DNA of 64,000 bases from Candidatus Binatia bacterium (lineage in GTDB: Bacteria > Desulfobacterota > Binatia > UBA9968 > CAXXLF01): the NCBI GenBank assembly GCA_963664015.2, contig CAXXLF010000002.1, positions 928,001 through 992,000 of the forward strand. The letters run 5' to 3'. Positions 1 to 8,037 of this stretch are shown piece by piece. The position numbers were made by a program, and so were the translations under genes. Below the pieces are notes generated by a model that saw nothing but the letters and a program-made list of their open reading frames with translations, did not search any database and was not told where the DNA came from. Position 1 is the first letter of the stretch, and each line of letters begins with the position of its first letter.

Positions 1-213
1 GCGGACAAAGCCCTTTGCCTTGACACCGTCCAAGGTGCTTCCCCCATGAGCACGTCCCCCTCCCAAGCATAGACTCAGGACCAAACTAATAACCAAGGTG
101 GCAATTTGTCGCATAAAAGTTTTTCTCCTCCGGTAAAATACTTTTTGAGTAAGCCCGTTAACTGTGTGCCGTCAATTATAGACAGAGGAATGACCGGGCA
201 TCAATGTTTGATC

Positions 214-975
214 TTATCTATTTCTCCACTGAGGGGACCGCTTGGCCAAGAACGCCTGAACACCTTCCTCAACATCTTCGGTTTTGAGAAGGATATTCAG
301 GTACCGCTCCTCGGATTTCCGCAGGTGTTGATCGAGAGCAGCCAATCCCACTTCCCGGAGTCCCATAAGGGTGATGTGCAGGACGGCGGAGCTATTCGCT
401 TTGAGTTCCGTTAAGAGAGATTCAACCGCCGGGTCCAATTCCCCGACCGGAACCACTCGGTTAACCAAACCGATCTCTCTGGCCTCGTGAGCCGTAATGC
501 GACGGCCTGTCAGAATGAGCTCCGCCGCACGGTGGTAGCCAATATGGGAAGGGAAACGGGCCAGCGCTACAGGAGGATAGCACCCCAGCGTGATTTCCGG
601 GGTGGCGAAAAAACTTGCCTCCGAGGCGAGAACCAGATCACAGCTACTGGCCAACTCCCAGCCTCCCCCGAGGCAGGCTCCGTTGACCACTGCAATGGTA
701 ACCTGCCTAAGGCTAAAAAGCTTTCGAATAACACCGTGAACCGCATCCAGCATGGCGGGGGCTTTTTCCCGAGTATGGTCCTTGACATCCACCCCGGCAG
801 AAAAGGCACGCTCTCCCCCCCCCCTCAACACCAGACAATCGATTTCCTTATCGCCCTCAAGTACATCCAGCTCCCTTCTCAACTCACTCAGCAACGATAA
901 ATCCAAAACGTTTAAAGGGGGACGATCTAACGTCATCCAGGCTACACGGTCTTTTTTGTCCAGAATTACACCCAT
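214..975 (-). CDS. Enoyl-CoA hydratase/isomerase (crotonase) family protein, resembles cyclohexadienecarbonyl-CoA hydratase type
   Basis: RPPLNVLD, AFSAGVD, GACLGGGWELA and PEITLG crotonase motifs; ends AFLAKRSPQW. Confidence 0.9.
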   Translation of the reverse strand: MGVILDKKDRVAWMTLDRPPLNVLDLSLLSELRRELDVLEGDKEIDCLVLRGGGERAFSAGVDVKDHTREKAPAMLDAVHGVIRKLFSLRQVTIAVVNGACLGGGWELASSCDLVLASEASFFATPEITLGCYPPVALARFPSHIGYHRAAELILTGRRITAHEAREIGLVNRVVPVGELDPAVESLLTELKANSSAVLHITLMGLREVGLAALDQHLRKSEERYLNILLKTEDVEEGVQAFLAKRSPQWRNR

Positions 976-1629
976 AGGGCCATTACCTCAGAAAAGCTCA
1001 CATAATCTTTAATCCTGAGCCAATTCTCCTCTATTAATCGAGGTGTTTCTCATTTACAAGTGCCATCGGTCTTCCTTCCAGAGGCAGCAGCAATACCGAA
1101 TAGACTCGACCAATCCCAAACTCCCGTCCTCTTCCTCGATGAATAAGCTGGTAATTCGATAAGTTACCTTACCACCGTCCAGATTGATGAACCCTTCAAA
1201 CGGGCATAACCTTTGCGTTACCATGGGAAAGACTGTGATTGAAAAACTCGCCGTTACTTTTATAATATTATATGAAATATAGGGTTGATTAAGTACCGCC
1301 TGCTTACGTCTGTGCGTAGATAAGGAGAGGGCAGGAAAAACATCACGCGTTGTCATATTAGCACTAGCTTTATGGTTCCTTCTTTCCGCTCTACCACGAC
1401 CCGCCCTGCCTGACCAATACGACGAAAGCCAGTCCCTTTCACCTGCTCGTTAGCAGCACGCGTACAGCGGAATGGTTATTTTGTCACAATGCCTATGCCC
1501 CGCTCTTTAACCCCAGGCCGGTTGTCGATGTAGGGTACTCACGCCAGTATCAGCCTGCATCCGCGAGCCAGAGAGAAGGTTATACCGTGTCTTCGCGTTG
1601 GGCTTCCAGATTCACATCCGGATCCCCAG

Positions 1630-2061
1630 GTGATGATCAAAGAAGTCCCTGTGGTCAGGGCTATTGTCAGAGGGGTCCCCAAGGTCATTGTCAAAGAAGT
1701 TCCTACAATCGTTGAGGTGAAAAAAGTGGTCTTTCCCGATGTGGCCTTTAGGTTCGATTCGGACAAACTAACGCCCCTAGGTAAAGGGAAGGTTTATCTG
1801 GCTGCTCAGATGCTCAGGGACAAGACAGGGGTTGTGGTTGTTATCGAAGGGCACGCGGACCAAGTTGGCACTGAGGAATACAATCTGGCCCTTGGACTAC
1901 GCCGAGCGGAGATCGTAAAGAAAGAGTTGGAGGAGTTAGGTGTTGGGGCGGATACGGTGTCGGTGGTTAGCGTCGGTGAGACCCCGCCGATGATGGATCA
2001 GGAAACGGACTGGGCAGATGCAGTGAACCGCCGTGTTGAACTGAGGTTTGACGCCAACTGA
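1630..2061 (+). CDS. OmpA-family peptidoglycan-binding protein (C-terminal domain; N-terminus probably decayed)
   Basis: FRFDSDKL, IEGHAD..G..EYNLALGLRRA, NRRVE motifs; preceded by KEVP-type repeats; no signal peptide in frame. Confidence 0.8.
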   Translation: MMIKEVPVVRAIVRGVPKVIVKEVPTIVEVKKVVFPDVAFRFDSDKLTPLGKGKVYLAAQMLRDKTGVVVVIEGHADQVGTEEYNLALGLRRAEIVKKELEELGVGADTVSVVSVGETPPMMDQETDWADAVNRRVELRFDAN

Positions 2062-2079
2062 TATTACGTTGAATTGAGC

Positions 2080-2120
2080 AAAAAAATCCAGCCGATAGCA
2101 ACACGGCTGGGCTTCTTTTG
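2080..2120. terminator. Rho-independent terminator, possibly bidirectional
   Basis: CCAGCCG(2088-2094)/CGGCTGG(2104-2110) stem, A-run before and T-rich run after, just downstream of the OmpA ORF. Confidence 0.65.
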
Positions 2121-2121
2121 T

Positions 2122-2176
2122 GTTTTCGCCCTGTAGTGTGATCTGCCCGTCGGACAAGTTACTCCACGGGGCAAAC
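2122..2176. repeat. Degenerate REP-like palindromic element
   Basis: GTTTTCGCCCTGTAGTGTGA pairs imperfectly with TTACTCCACGGGGCAAAC around an inner hairpin. Confidence 0.4.
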
Positions 2177-2247
2177 CTCAACTCACCCCTTCCGGCCTCT
2201 GGGGTGCCCACTTTGTGATTTCATACCATCGGGGCTAAAACAAACCC

Positions 2248-2859
2248 ATGGGCTATCAACTGAAAGATTCCTATTACTGGCGGGCCAAGAAAGAGGGGTA
2301 CCGTTCCCGGGCTGCCTACAAGCTCCAAGAGCTCAACCAAAGCTATCGCCTCATTGGTACGGGCAACCGAGTCCTCGATCTGGGAGCCGCCCCTGGAGGC
2401 TGGTTACAGGTAGCCTCCAAGCTGGTAGGCCCCAAGGGAAAGGTCCTGGGCGTAGATAACCAACCCATCGCCCTCTTTAAGGAGGAAAATATTTTACTGC
2501 TTCCGGGGGATATCAGCGAGGAAGCAACGCAAGCGAAAATCAGGCAGCAGCTGGGGGGTGCCGCCGACTGCGTACTGTCGGACCTATCTCCCCGACTTAG
2601 CGGCATTCACGATGTAGATATCAGCCGATCCCTCGACCTTGCCCGAACCGCATTTCAGGTTGCCTGCTCCTTAATACGACCAGGGGGGAACTTCGTAGTC
2701 AAAACCTTTATCGGGGAAGAGACCACGTCGTTATTCAAGGAGCTTCAACCTTACTTCGAGTCGGTTCATCGAACGCGTGCGGAGGCCACACGCAAACACT
2801 CCTCCGAGATCTACATGATTGGTAAAGGATTTCGGAAATCCGCCAATAGTCGATCGTAG
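2248..2859 (+). CDS. rlmE: 23S rRNA (uridine2552-2'-O)-methyltransferase RlmE/FtsJ
   Basis: GYRSRAAYKL, VLDLGAAPGGW, VLSDLSP, SSEIY motifs. Confidence 0.96.
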   Translation: MGYQLKDSYYWRAKKEGYRSRAAYKLQELNQSYRLIGTGNRVLDLGAAPGGWLQVASKLVGPKGKVLGVDNQPIALFKEENILLLPGDISEEATQAKIRQQLGGAADCVLSDLSPRLSGIHDVDISRSLDLARTAFQVACSLIRPGGNFVVKTFIGEETTSLFKELQPYFESVHRTRAEATRKHSSEIYMIGKGFRKSANSRS

Positions 2860-2954
2860 TTCGTCAATCGGCGCTAACAGTCATATTCTTGAACCGTCAC
2901 AGCAAATAGAGTTACGGAAATCCGATTGACGAGTGATGGCTAATCGTCTCAAAT

Positions 2955-2996
2955 TCACTCGACGGTTAATAGAACTGCGAGATTTCGTGGTTGGTC
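2955..2996 (-). other. Distal att junction: degenerate duplicate of the glmS 3' end
   Basis: Minus strand reads GAC CAA CCA CGA AAT CTC GCA GTT CTA TTA ACC GTC GAG TGA = DQPRNLAVLLTVE*, against DQPRNLAKSVTVE* for glmS at 10742-10783. Confidence 0.85.
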
Positions 2997-3087
2997 GTTA
3001 GAAGAATTAAACTCAACAACCCTTGTATTTCTTACGGACACATTCACGGGCAAAGTTAATTACCTCGCTTCCCAAATGTTGGTTCGA

Positions 3088-3678
3088 TTATTGAGATGCA
3101 CTTTTTTTAATTAAACGCTCAACTGCAGCAACATGTTTCTGAATATAGGTTTCCGGGAACTTCATAATTTGCGATGAAGGTTGAAGTCTATATGGGTCAA
3201 TATCCGCTTTCACTTGAAATCCACCAACACTTCTTTTCTTCAAGAATCCATGTTCAAGAGGAATTCCTGCATTATGTTGCCTTATCCATCGACCCCAGTT
3301 TTTAATCGACTTGACTTTAAGTGCCTGCCCTTCGTCTGAACGCACCGCCCATTGTGTTGGTTCTGACACCAACGCATTCTGACTATACTGAAAAAAAATC
3401 CATATATAGTCTTTTATTTCGCCACTTTTTCGGATGGAAGTTTGCAGTCTGTATTTAGTGTTTAGGTGTATGAAAGCACAAGTCCATGCTGGACAACCAG
3501 ACTCTCCATTATTGAAATTCGGACTGAGCACTTGGAAACGGCACGAACTAAATTTGTCGCAAATGTGAGTTGTGACTTTAGTAGATATCGTGCGACTTGG
3601 GCTGATGTTTTGCGTCGCTGTTGTTGCCTGACACCCCACCAACAGGGTCAGGACAGGAAGGATGAGCAGTCGGTTCAT
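3088..3678 (-). CDS. Hypothetical lipoprotein (island cargo)
   Basis: N-terminus MNRLLILPVLTLLVGC is a signal peptide with lipobox; 196 aa, AT-rich. Confidence 0.7.
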   Translation of the reverse strand: MNRLLILPVLTLLVGCQATTATQNISPSRTISTKVTTHICDKFSSCRFQVLSPNFNNGESGCPAWTCAFIHLNTKYRLQTSIRKSGEIKDYIWIFFQYSQNALVSEPTQWAVRSDEGQALKVKSIKNWGRWIRQHNAGIPLEHGFLKKRSVGGFQVKADIDPYRLQPSSQIMKFPETYIQKHVAAVERLIKKSASQ

Positions 3679-3715
3679 CGGGGAAGTCTGACAGAAAATG
3701 TCTGGGATGGGAAGA

Positions 3716-3893
3716 TCAAACTTGGTTGATGAGAGTTCTATCTACCAACCGTAAACCAAAGTTGGAAGGTTTCGGTGCATATTTTTTGCTCAACCGTTCA
3801 TCCCTTACTCTCTTTTTCTTAATTATCGAATGAACGTGAGAACTCCTAATACTCCTCCCTCTAACGGTGGAATAACCATTCTCATTCAACCAG
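3716..3893 (-). pseudogene. 3' remnant of small stand-alone recombinase DNA-binding-domain protein
   Basis: WLNENGYSTVRGRSIRSSHVHSIIKKKRVRDERL aligns with HLNELGVRTHKGSEWRTQYVYSVIKRYRERQERL of 10389-10616; 5' part replaced at 3893/3894. Confidence 0.75.
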
Positions 3894-4140
3894 ATTGAAG
3901 GGGATTGGTCCCAAGAGAATCTGTACCCACAAGAACATTTACCTACGAGCAACAGATCTCAAAAATGATGGAGAGAGATTGATGGTTCCCGTGAATTCTA
4001 AGGGCAAATCTCTTTATCCGATTGTGGTGAAACAACAGCGGGATGGCGGCATCCACCACCTATTGGAAGTGATAAAGGGAAGTTTTGGTTCTGTACCCCA
4101 AGACAGAGGGTTCAGAATGCGAAATTATATGAATTTGTGA
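3894..4140 (+). pseudogene. 3' fragment paralogous to the hypothetical gene at 7818-8792
   Basis: KGIGPK.ICTHKNIYLRATD...GGIHHLL.V.KGSFGSVPQ.RGF shared with the C-terminus of 7818-8792. Confidence 0.85.
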
Positions 4141-4326
4141 TAGAGTAAAAAATATTTAGTGGATAAGGGTTTCTATTATGGAAAAAACACTTACTGCGAT
4201 TGTACTTTCCTTAACCTTATTAGTCTTTGGTTGTGACAGGTCTTCAGTATACCCCGATGCAGTTGTTGAGCGGCAGGGGATAACATATCTTATCAACTCA
4301 AAGACACCTTTCAGCGGAGAAATAGT
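3894..4326 (+). repeat. Diverged inverted repeat, copy 1 (partner about 7607-8037)
   Basis: Nucleotide similarity visible across the gene 3' end, the ~70-bp spacer and the lipoprotein leader. Confidence 0.85.
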
Positions 4327-5026
4327 GACCTTATATCCAGGGTTGGACTCGGACGCCAAACTTGGTCAAACACTTTCCAGAATTCAATATGAAGATGGCA
4401 AAAGGAACGGGGAAGCAGTTTATTTTCACGGAAACGGACAGTTAGAGGCAGAAGGAGACTACAGGAACGGGGGGCAAAACGGTCCTTGGCTCAGTTACCA
4501 CAAAAACGGACAGTTAGGGGCAGAAGGAGACTACAGGAACGGGGAGCGAAACGGTCCTTGGCTCAGTTACCATAACAGCGGAGGGGTATATAGAAAATTA
4601 ACCTACCAGAACGGGAAGGCAAACGGTCCTTACGTCGAGTATAATGAAAACGGACAGGTATTTGCAAAAGGAACCTACCAGAACGGGAGGGTAAAGGGTC
4701 CTTACGCTGAGTATCATGAAAACGGTCAGTTACATTTCAAAGGAACCTATTTGTATCAGGGGAGTTGGGACGGTCTTTATGTCGAATATCGCAAAGACGG
4801 ACAGTTAGTTGAAAAATCAACCTACCAGAGTGGCCAGTACGGCCAGCATGGAGCCGGGGAGCGAAACGGCCCTTACGTTAAGTACACGTACCACGATAAC
4901 GGAAAGTTAAGCACCAAAAGAGAAGGTGTCTACGATTCATTGCAAAGGTGTTTTAACGGTTCTTACGTCAGGTATGACAAAACCGGAAAACTATTTGAAA
5001 AAGGAACTTACAATTGTGAGCGGTAG
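4178..5026 (+). CDS. MORN-variant repeat (YwqK-antitoxin-like) lipoprotein
   Basis: Lipobox LVFGC; repeated Y(H/N)xNGQL..G.Y.NG..NG units; near-exact 72-bp-period duplication 4432-4500/4504-4572. Confidence 0.85.
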   Translation: MEKTLTAIVLSLTLLVFGCDRSSVYPDAVVERQGITYLINSKTPFSGEIVTLYPGLDSDAKLGQTLSRIQYEDGKRNGEAVYFHGNGQLEAEGDYRNGGQNGPWLSYHKNGQLGAEGDYRNGERNGPWLSYHNSGGVYRKLTYQNGKANGPYVEYNENGQVFAKGTYQNGRVKGPYAEYHENGQLHFKGTYLYQGSWDGLYVEYRKDGQLVEKSTYQSGQYGQHGAGERNGPYVKYTYHDNGKLSTKREGVYDSLQRCFNGSYVRYDKTGKLFEKGTYNCER

Positions 5027-5131
5027 CGAGTCCTACACCAACATAGGTAATGGCACAGTTGGACAGGTAGCTAACGAGTTCAGAAGACGATTTATCGGTT
5101 ACGATATTCAAATGTATTAGGTGTCAGAGGT

Positions 5132-5316
5132 GTGTTCCGAAAGTCCCTCTAAAATCTAGATTCGAGAATGGGAGGAATCCGGGATTCTTGGATAGCCGAT
5201 ATCACCTCAAATCAGGTGTTCCAAAGGAAATACTTGAGAACACCCTTCTGAGAGATTACCAAACCACCGATTTCCAACGATTTTGAGCGGTGATTTCAGA
5301 GGGACTTTCGGAACAC
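5132..5316. repeat. 185-bp non-coding unit with 25-bp terminal inverted repeats (MITE-like or recombination site)
   Basis: GTGTTCCGAAAGTCCCTCTAAAATC (5132-5156) matches the reverse complement of 5292-5316 with 1 mismatch. Confidence 0.75.
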
Positions 5317-5361
5317 CTGTTCCCAATTAAACAATCAATCTGGTGCCCTTTACTCTGGGTC

Positions 5362-5565
5362 CTAGTCGTCTACTATTTTTTGATTGGCATCATCTTGTAG
5401 CAATTGTCCATGAGTTGACGCTGTAATTACCAACCAAAGCATGAGATACAACCACCACGCAATAGAAAACAAATCAAGGTATACTTCAAGCAAAAACCAA
5501 ATGATGAGTGTGCCTGCCGCACCTAGGCCAAGAGCCAAAAAAGTTCTTTTTTCGTTGTTGCCCAT
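5362..5565 (-). CDS. Small two-TM membrane protein
   Basis: AGGAG RBS before ATG; two hydrophobic segments. Confidence 0.6.
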   Translation of the reverse strand: MGNNEKRTFLALGLGAAGTLIIWFLLEVYLDLFSIAWWLYLMLWLVITASTHGQLLQDDANQKIVDD

Positions 5566-5603
5566 GATTCACTCCTAATCCCATAGAATACGTCCTTAAA
5601 TCC

Positions 5604-5894
5604 CTAACATGTTGAGGAACGAAGTTCCAGACTTTTCGGGGTCAGCGATAGTGAAAGAAATGGGGCAGCAGATCGATTGATAAACCGACGATAGTTAATC
5701 TCTTCGGGGGTGGGTTTGTGTCCTGAGTTCACGACCTGTGAATATGCGGCCGTCATATTGGGAATCGTATCGATACGGGTAGAGGATTTATCTATCAAGT
5801 CCTTGTTGGATCGATCACGGTAAGCATCCTGCTTGCCCACATCCTCTTGATCCTGCAATGCCTTCATTCGGAGGTAATCGTGGATCACAGGCAT
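5604..5894 (-). CDS. Hypothetical protein or gene fragment
   Basis: 96-aa ORF with no recognised motif. Confidence 0.3.
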   Translation of the reverse strand: MPVIHDYLRMKALQDQEDVGKQDAYRDRSNKDLIDKSSTRIDTIPNMTAAYSQVVNSGHKPTPEEINYRRFINRSAAPFLSLSLTPKSLELRSSTC

Positions 5895-5924
5895 CAGTGG
5901 GTCACCATCTGATTAACATTCCTG

Positions 5925-6140
5925 AGATCAACATGGAACCGTGAGATGTTGGTGGAACGCACCAAATCTGGACTCGCACGAACTGTTGCGAATGGAACCA
6001 AGTTGGGTAGGAAATCCGTTCTGACACCATCCATGAAGAAACGAATTTTCGATGCCAGGGAAGAAGGAAACTCCCTAACTAAAATCGCATCAGATGTTGG
6101 TTTAGGACTCGCTACTGTTCACAAGTGTCTCAACGCCTAA
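5925..6140 (+). pseudogene. C-terminal remnant of small serine recombinase (resolvase/invertase)
   Basis: REMLVERTKSGLARTVANGTKLGRK plus terminal HTH (SLTKIASDVGLGLATVHK); catalytic N-terminal domain absent. Confidence 0.85.
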
Positions 6141-6179
6141 TTATTGAACGATTCAGTCTTTTTATGCTCTTTTCGACCT

Positions 6180-6345
6180 TCACTTACTCGAACTTTTCAC
6201 TCCGTTTTCGTAAATTTCTTCCCCCAACAACTCTCCGTTTTCACGGTAATAATACGCAGCACCGTGTTTCACCCCGTCTTTGTAGTTTATTTTCATATTT
6301 AACTGTCCATTCTCGTGATACCGAAGACTTTCTCCCTTCCTTAAC
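6180..6345 (-). pseudogene. Third MORN-variant repeat segment (not in ORF track), detached tail of the upstream gene
   Basis: My translation of 6335-6180: GESLRYHENGQLNMKINYKDGVKHGAAYYYRENGELLGEEIYENGVKSSSK*; no start codon in frame. Confidence 0.75.
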
Positions 6346-6438
6346 GCCCACCAGTACCCTGACTTCGGATTCTGTCGAGCGCCTCCTGCATTTCCTTATC
6401 TAATATTTTAAATCCTGTATCACGCCGTTCTTTCTCTT

Positions 6439-7755
6439 CTAGTTTTTCTCTTGTAACTCATTTTCTGTTGTTGTGGTGATGGTTACATTCGGAGATATCT
6501 CACGTAGAAGTTTTTGGGCAGGTTTATATCCTTGTTGGTTAGAAAGTACGTACAACTCTTTCGCTATTTTAGTATCCTGTGGAACCCCTAGTCCTTTGTG
6601 ATACATAAAACCCAAATTGTACTGACCACGCATATTCCCTTTTTCCGCCGAAAGGACAAACCATTTCACCGCGGTTTTATAGTCCTTTGGAATCCCTTGT
6701 CCGGTTTTGTACATCGTACCCAGATTGTTCTGGGCATTGGCATTCCCCTGTTCGGCAGCAAGTCTGTACCACTTCACTGCTGTCTTATAGTTCTGTGAAA
6801 CACCGTCTCCGTGTTCGTACATAACACCCAGATTGTTCTGGGCATTGGCATTCCCCTGTTCGGCAGCAAGTCTGTACCACTTCACTGCTGTCTTATAGTT
6901 CTGTGAAACACCGTCTCCGTGTTCGTACATAACACCCAGATTGTACTGGGCACGGGCATCCCCCTGTTCGGCGGCAAGGGTGAACCATTTCACCGCGGTT
7001 TTATAATCCTTTGGAATCCCTTGTCCTCTGGCGTACATCAAACCCAGATTGTACTGGGCATCGGTATCTCCCTGTTCGGCGGCAAGGGTGAACCATTTCA
7101 CCGCGGTTTTATAATCCTCTGGAATCCCTTGTCCTCTGGCGTACATCATACCCAGATTGAACTGGGCACTGACTCCCCCCGTTTCGGCAATTAGTCCCCA
7201 TTCACGCCGAGCGGTTGCGTAGTCACCACTCTGGTGTGCGGTTAGACCCTTTTGGAAATCACCGGGCAATTTCCCGTTCTTGTAAGTTCCTACCCTTGCT
7301 GGAGATGGTAAACCATGACCATAGTGTGCCATCATTAGGTCAGTAGCGTGCGGTTCAGTTGCTGTCCAAACAGTCCCGTTACTGTTGTAAGCGACCCAAA
7401 CACCCTCTTCCTTCCCATTCTTGTAGGTTCTTTTTTCAAATAACTGTCCGTTATCATGGTAATACACCCAAGGACCGTCTTTCACGCCGTCCCTGTAACT
7501 TCCTTCTGCCTTTAACTGGTCGTTTACATGAAATTCAACTGCTTTCCCGTTCTTTTTGCCATTTTCATATGAAACTCTGGACATTGTATCACCAAGGACT
7601 TTGCGTACTATGTCTCCGCTAAAAGGCGTCGTTGAGTTGATTCGATACGTTACCCCATGCCGCTCAACAACGTCGCTGGGGGATACTGAAGACTCGCCAC
7701 AACCAAAGACCAATAAGGTTAAGGAAAGTAAAATCGCAGTAAGTGTCTTTTTCAT
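6439..7755 (-). CDS. Lipoprotein with MORN-variant repeats fused to Sel1-like repeats
   Basis: Start reassigned to 7755 by alignment with the 4178 paralog (MKKTLTAILLSLTLLVFGC); six AQ(Y/F/N)NLGxMY..G.G-type Sel1 units. Confidence 0.88.
   Translation of the reverse strand: MKKTLTAILLSLTLLVFGCGESSVSPSDVVERHGVTYRINSTTPFSGDIVRKVLGDTMSRVSYENGKKNGKAVEFHVNDQLKAEGSYRDGVKDGPWVYYHDNGQLFEKRTYKNGKEEGVWVAYNSNGTVWTATEPHATDLMMAHYGHGLPSPARVGTYKNGKLPGDFQKGLTAHQSGDYATARREWGLIAETGGVSAQFNLGMMYARGQGIPEDYKTAVKWFTLAAEQGDTDAQYNLGLMYARGQGIPKDYKTAVKWFTLAAEQGDARAQYNLGVMYEHGDGVSQNYKTAVKWYRLAAEQGNANAQNNLGVMYEHGDGVSQNYKTAVKWYRLAAEQGNANAQNNLGTMYKTGQGIPKDYKTAVKWFVLSAEKGNMRGQYNLGFMYHKGLGVPQDTKIAKELYVLSNQQGYKPAQKLLREISPNVTITTTTENELQEKN
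6719..7155 (-). repeat. 108-bp tandem coding repeats (Sel1 units)
   Basis: Two identical units (about 6719-6934) followed by two near-identical units of a second type. Confidence 0.9.
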
Positions 7756-8037
7756 AATAGAAAACCTCATCCACTGAAGATGTTTTAACTTTTTCACAAA
7801 GTTATATAATTTCATAGTCAAAATCCTCTGTTTTGAGGAACAGAACCAAAGGAACCCTTCATTACGTCCAGTAGATGGTGGATACCCCCAATCTTTTGTT
7901 GCTTCACCAGATTGGAATACTGAACCTTATTTCCCCATGTCGGAACCTTCAATCTCTCTCCATCAGTTTTGGAATCTGTTGCTCGTAGGTAGATGTTTTT
8001 GTGGGTGCAGATTTCCTTGGGACCAATTCCCTTCAAT
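7607..8037 (-). repeat. Diverged inverted repeat, copy 2 (partner 3894-4326)
   Basis: Reverse complement aligns with 3894-4326. Confidence 0.85.

Noticed and set aside
815-824. C10 tract in the enoyl-CoA hydratase as a phase-variation site
   Set aside because: In frame, encodes the glycine-rich RGGGERAF segment; no other support
1054-1356. 100-aa minus-strand ORF
   Set aside because: No motif or RBS; could be a fragment but cannot be supported
2159-2176. Minus-strand PVE* resembling the glmS end
   Set aside because: It is one arm of a REP-like palindrome, lies beyond rlmE, and lacks the DQPRNLA match seen at 2955-2996
2967-3000. Excision reconstituting a long integrase by fusing to the 10389 ORF
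   Set aside because: In the reconstructed attP that frame meets a TAA at 2998-3000 after about 11 codons
3716-3952. ORF-track 78-aa protein as one gene
   Set aside because: Chimeric: its first ~20 codons are antisense of the duplicated fragment starting at 3894
4432-4572. Diversity-generating retroelement TR/VR pair
   Set aside because: Adjacent in-frame repeats, differences not one-directional at adenines, and no reverse transcriptase in the window
6719-7155. CRISPR-like periodic repeats
   Set aside because: 108-bp in-frame Sel1 coding units with no unique spacers and no cas genes
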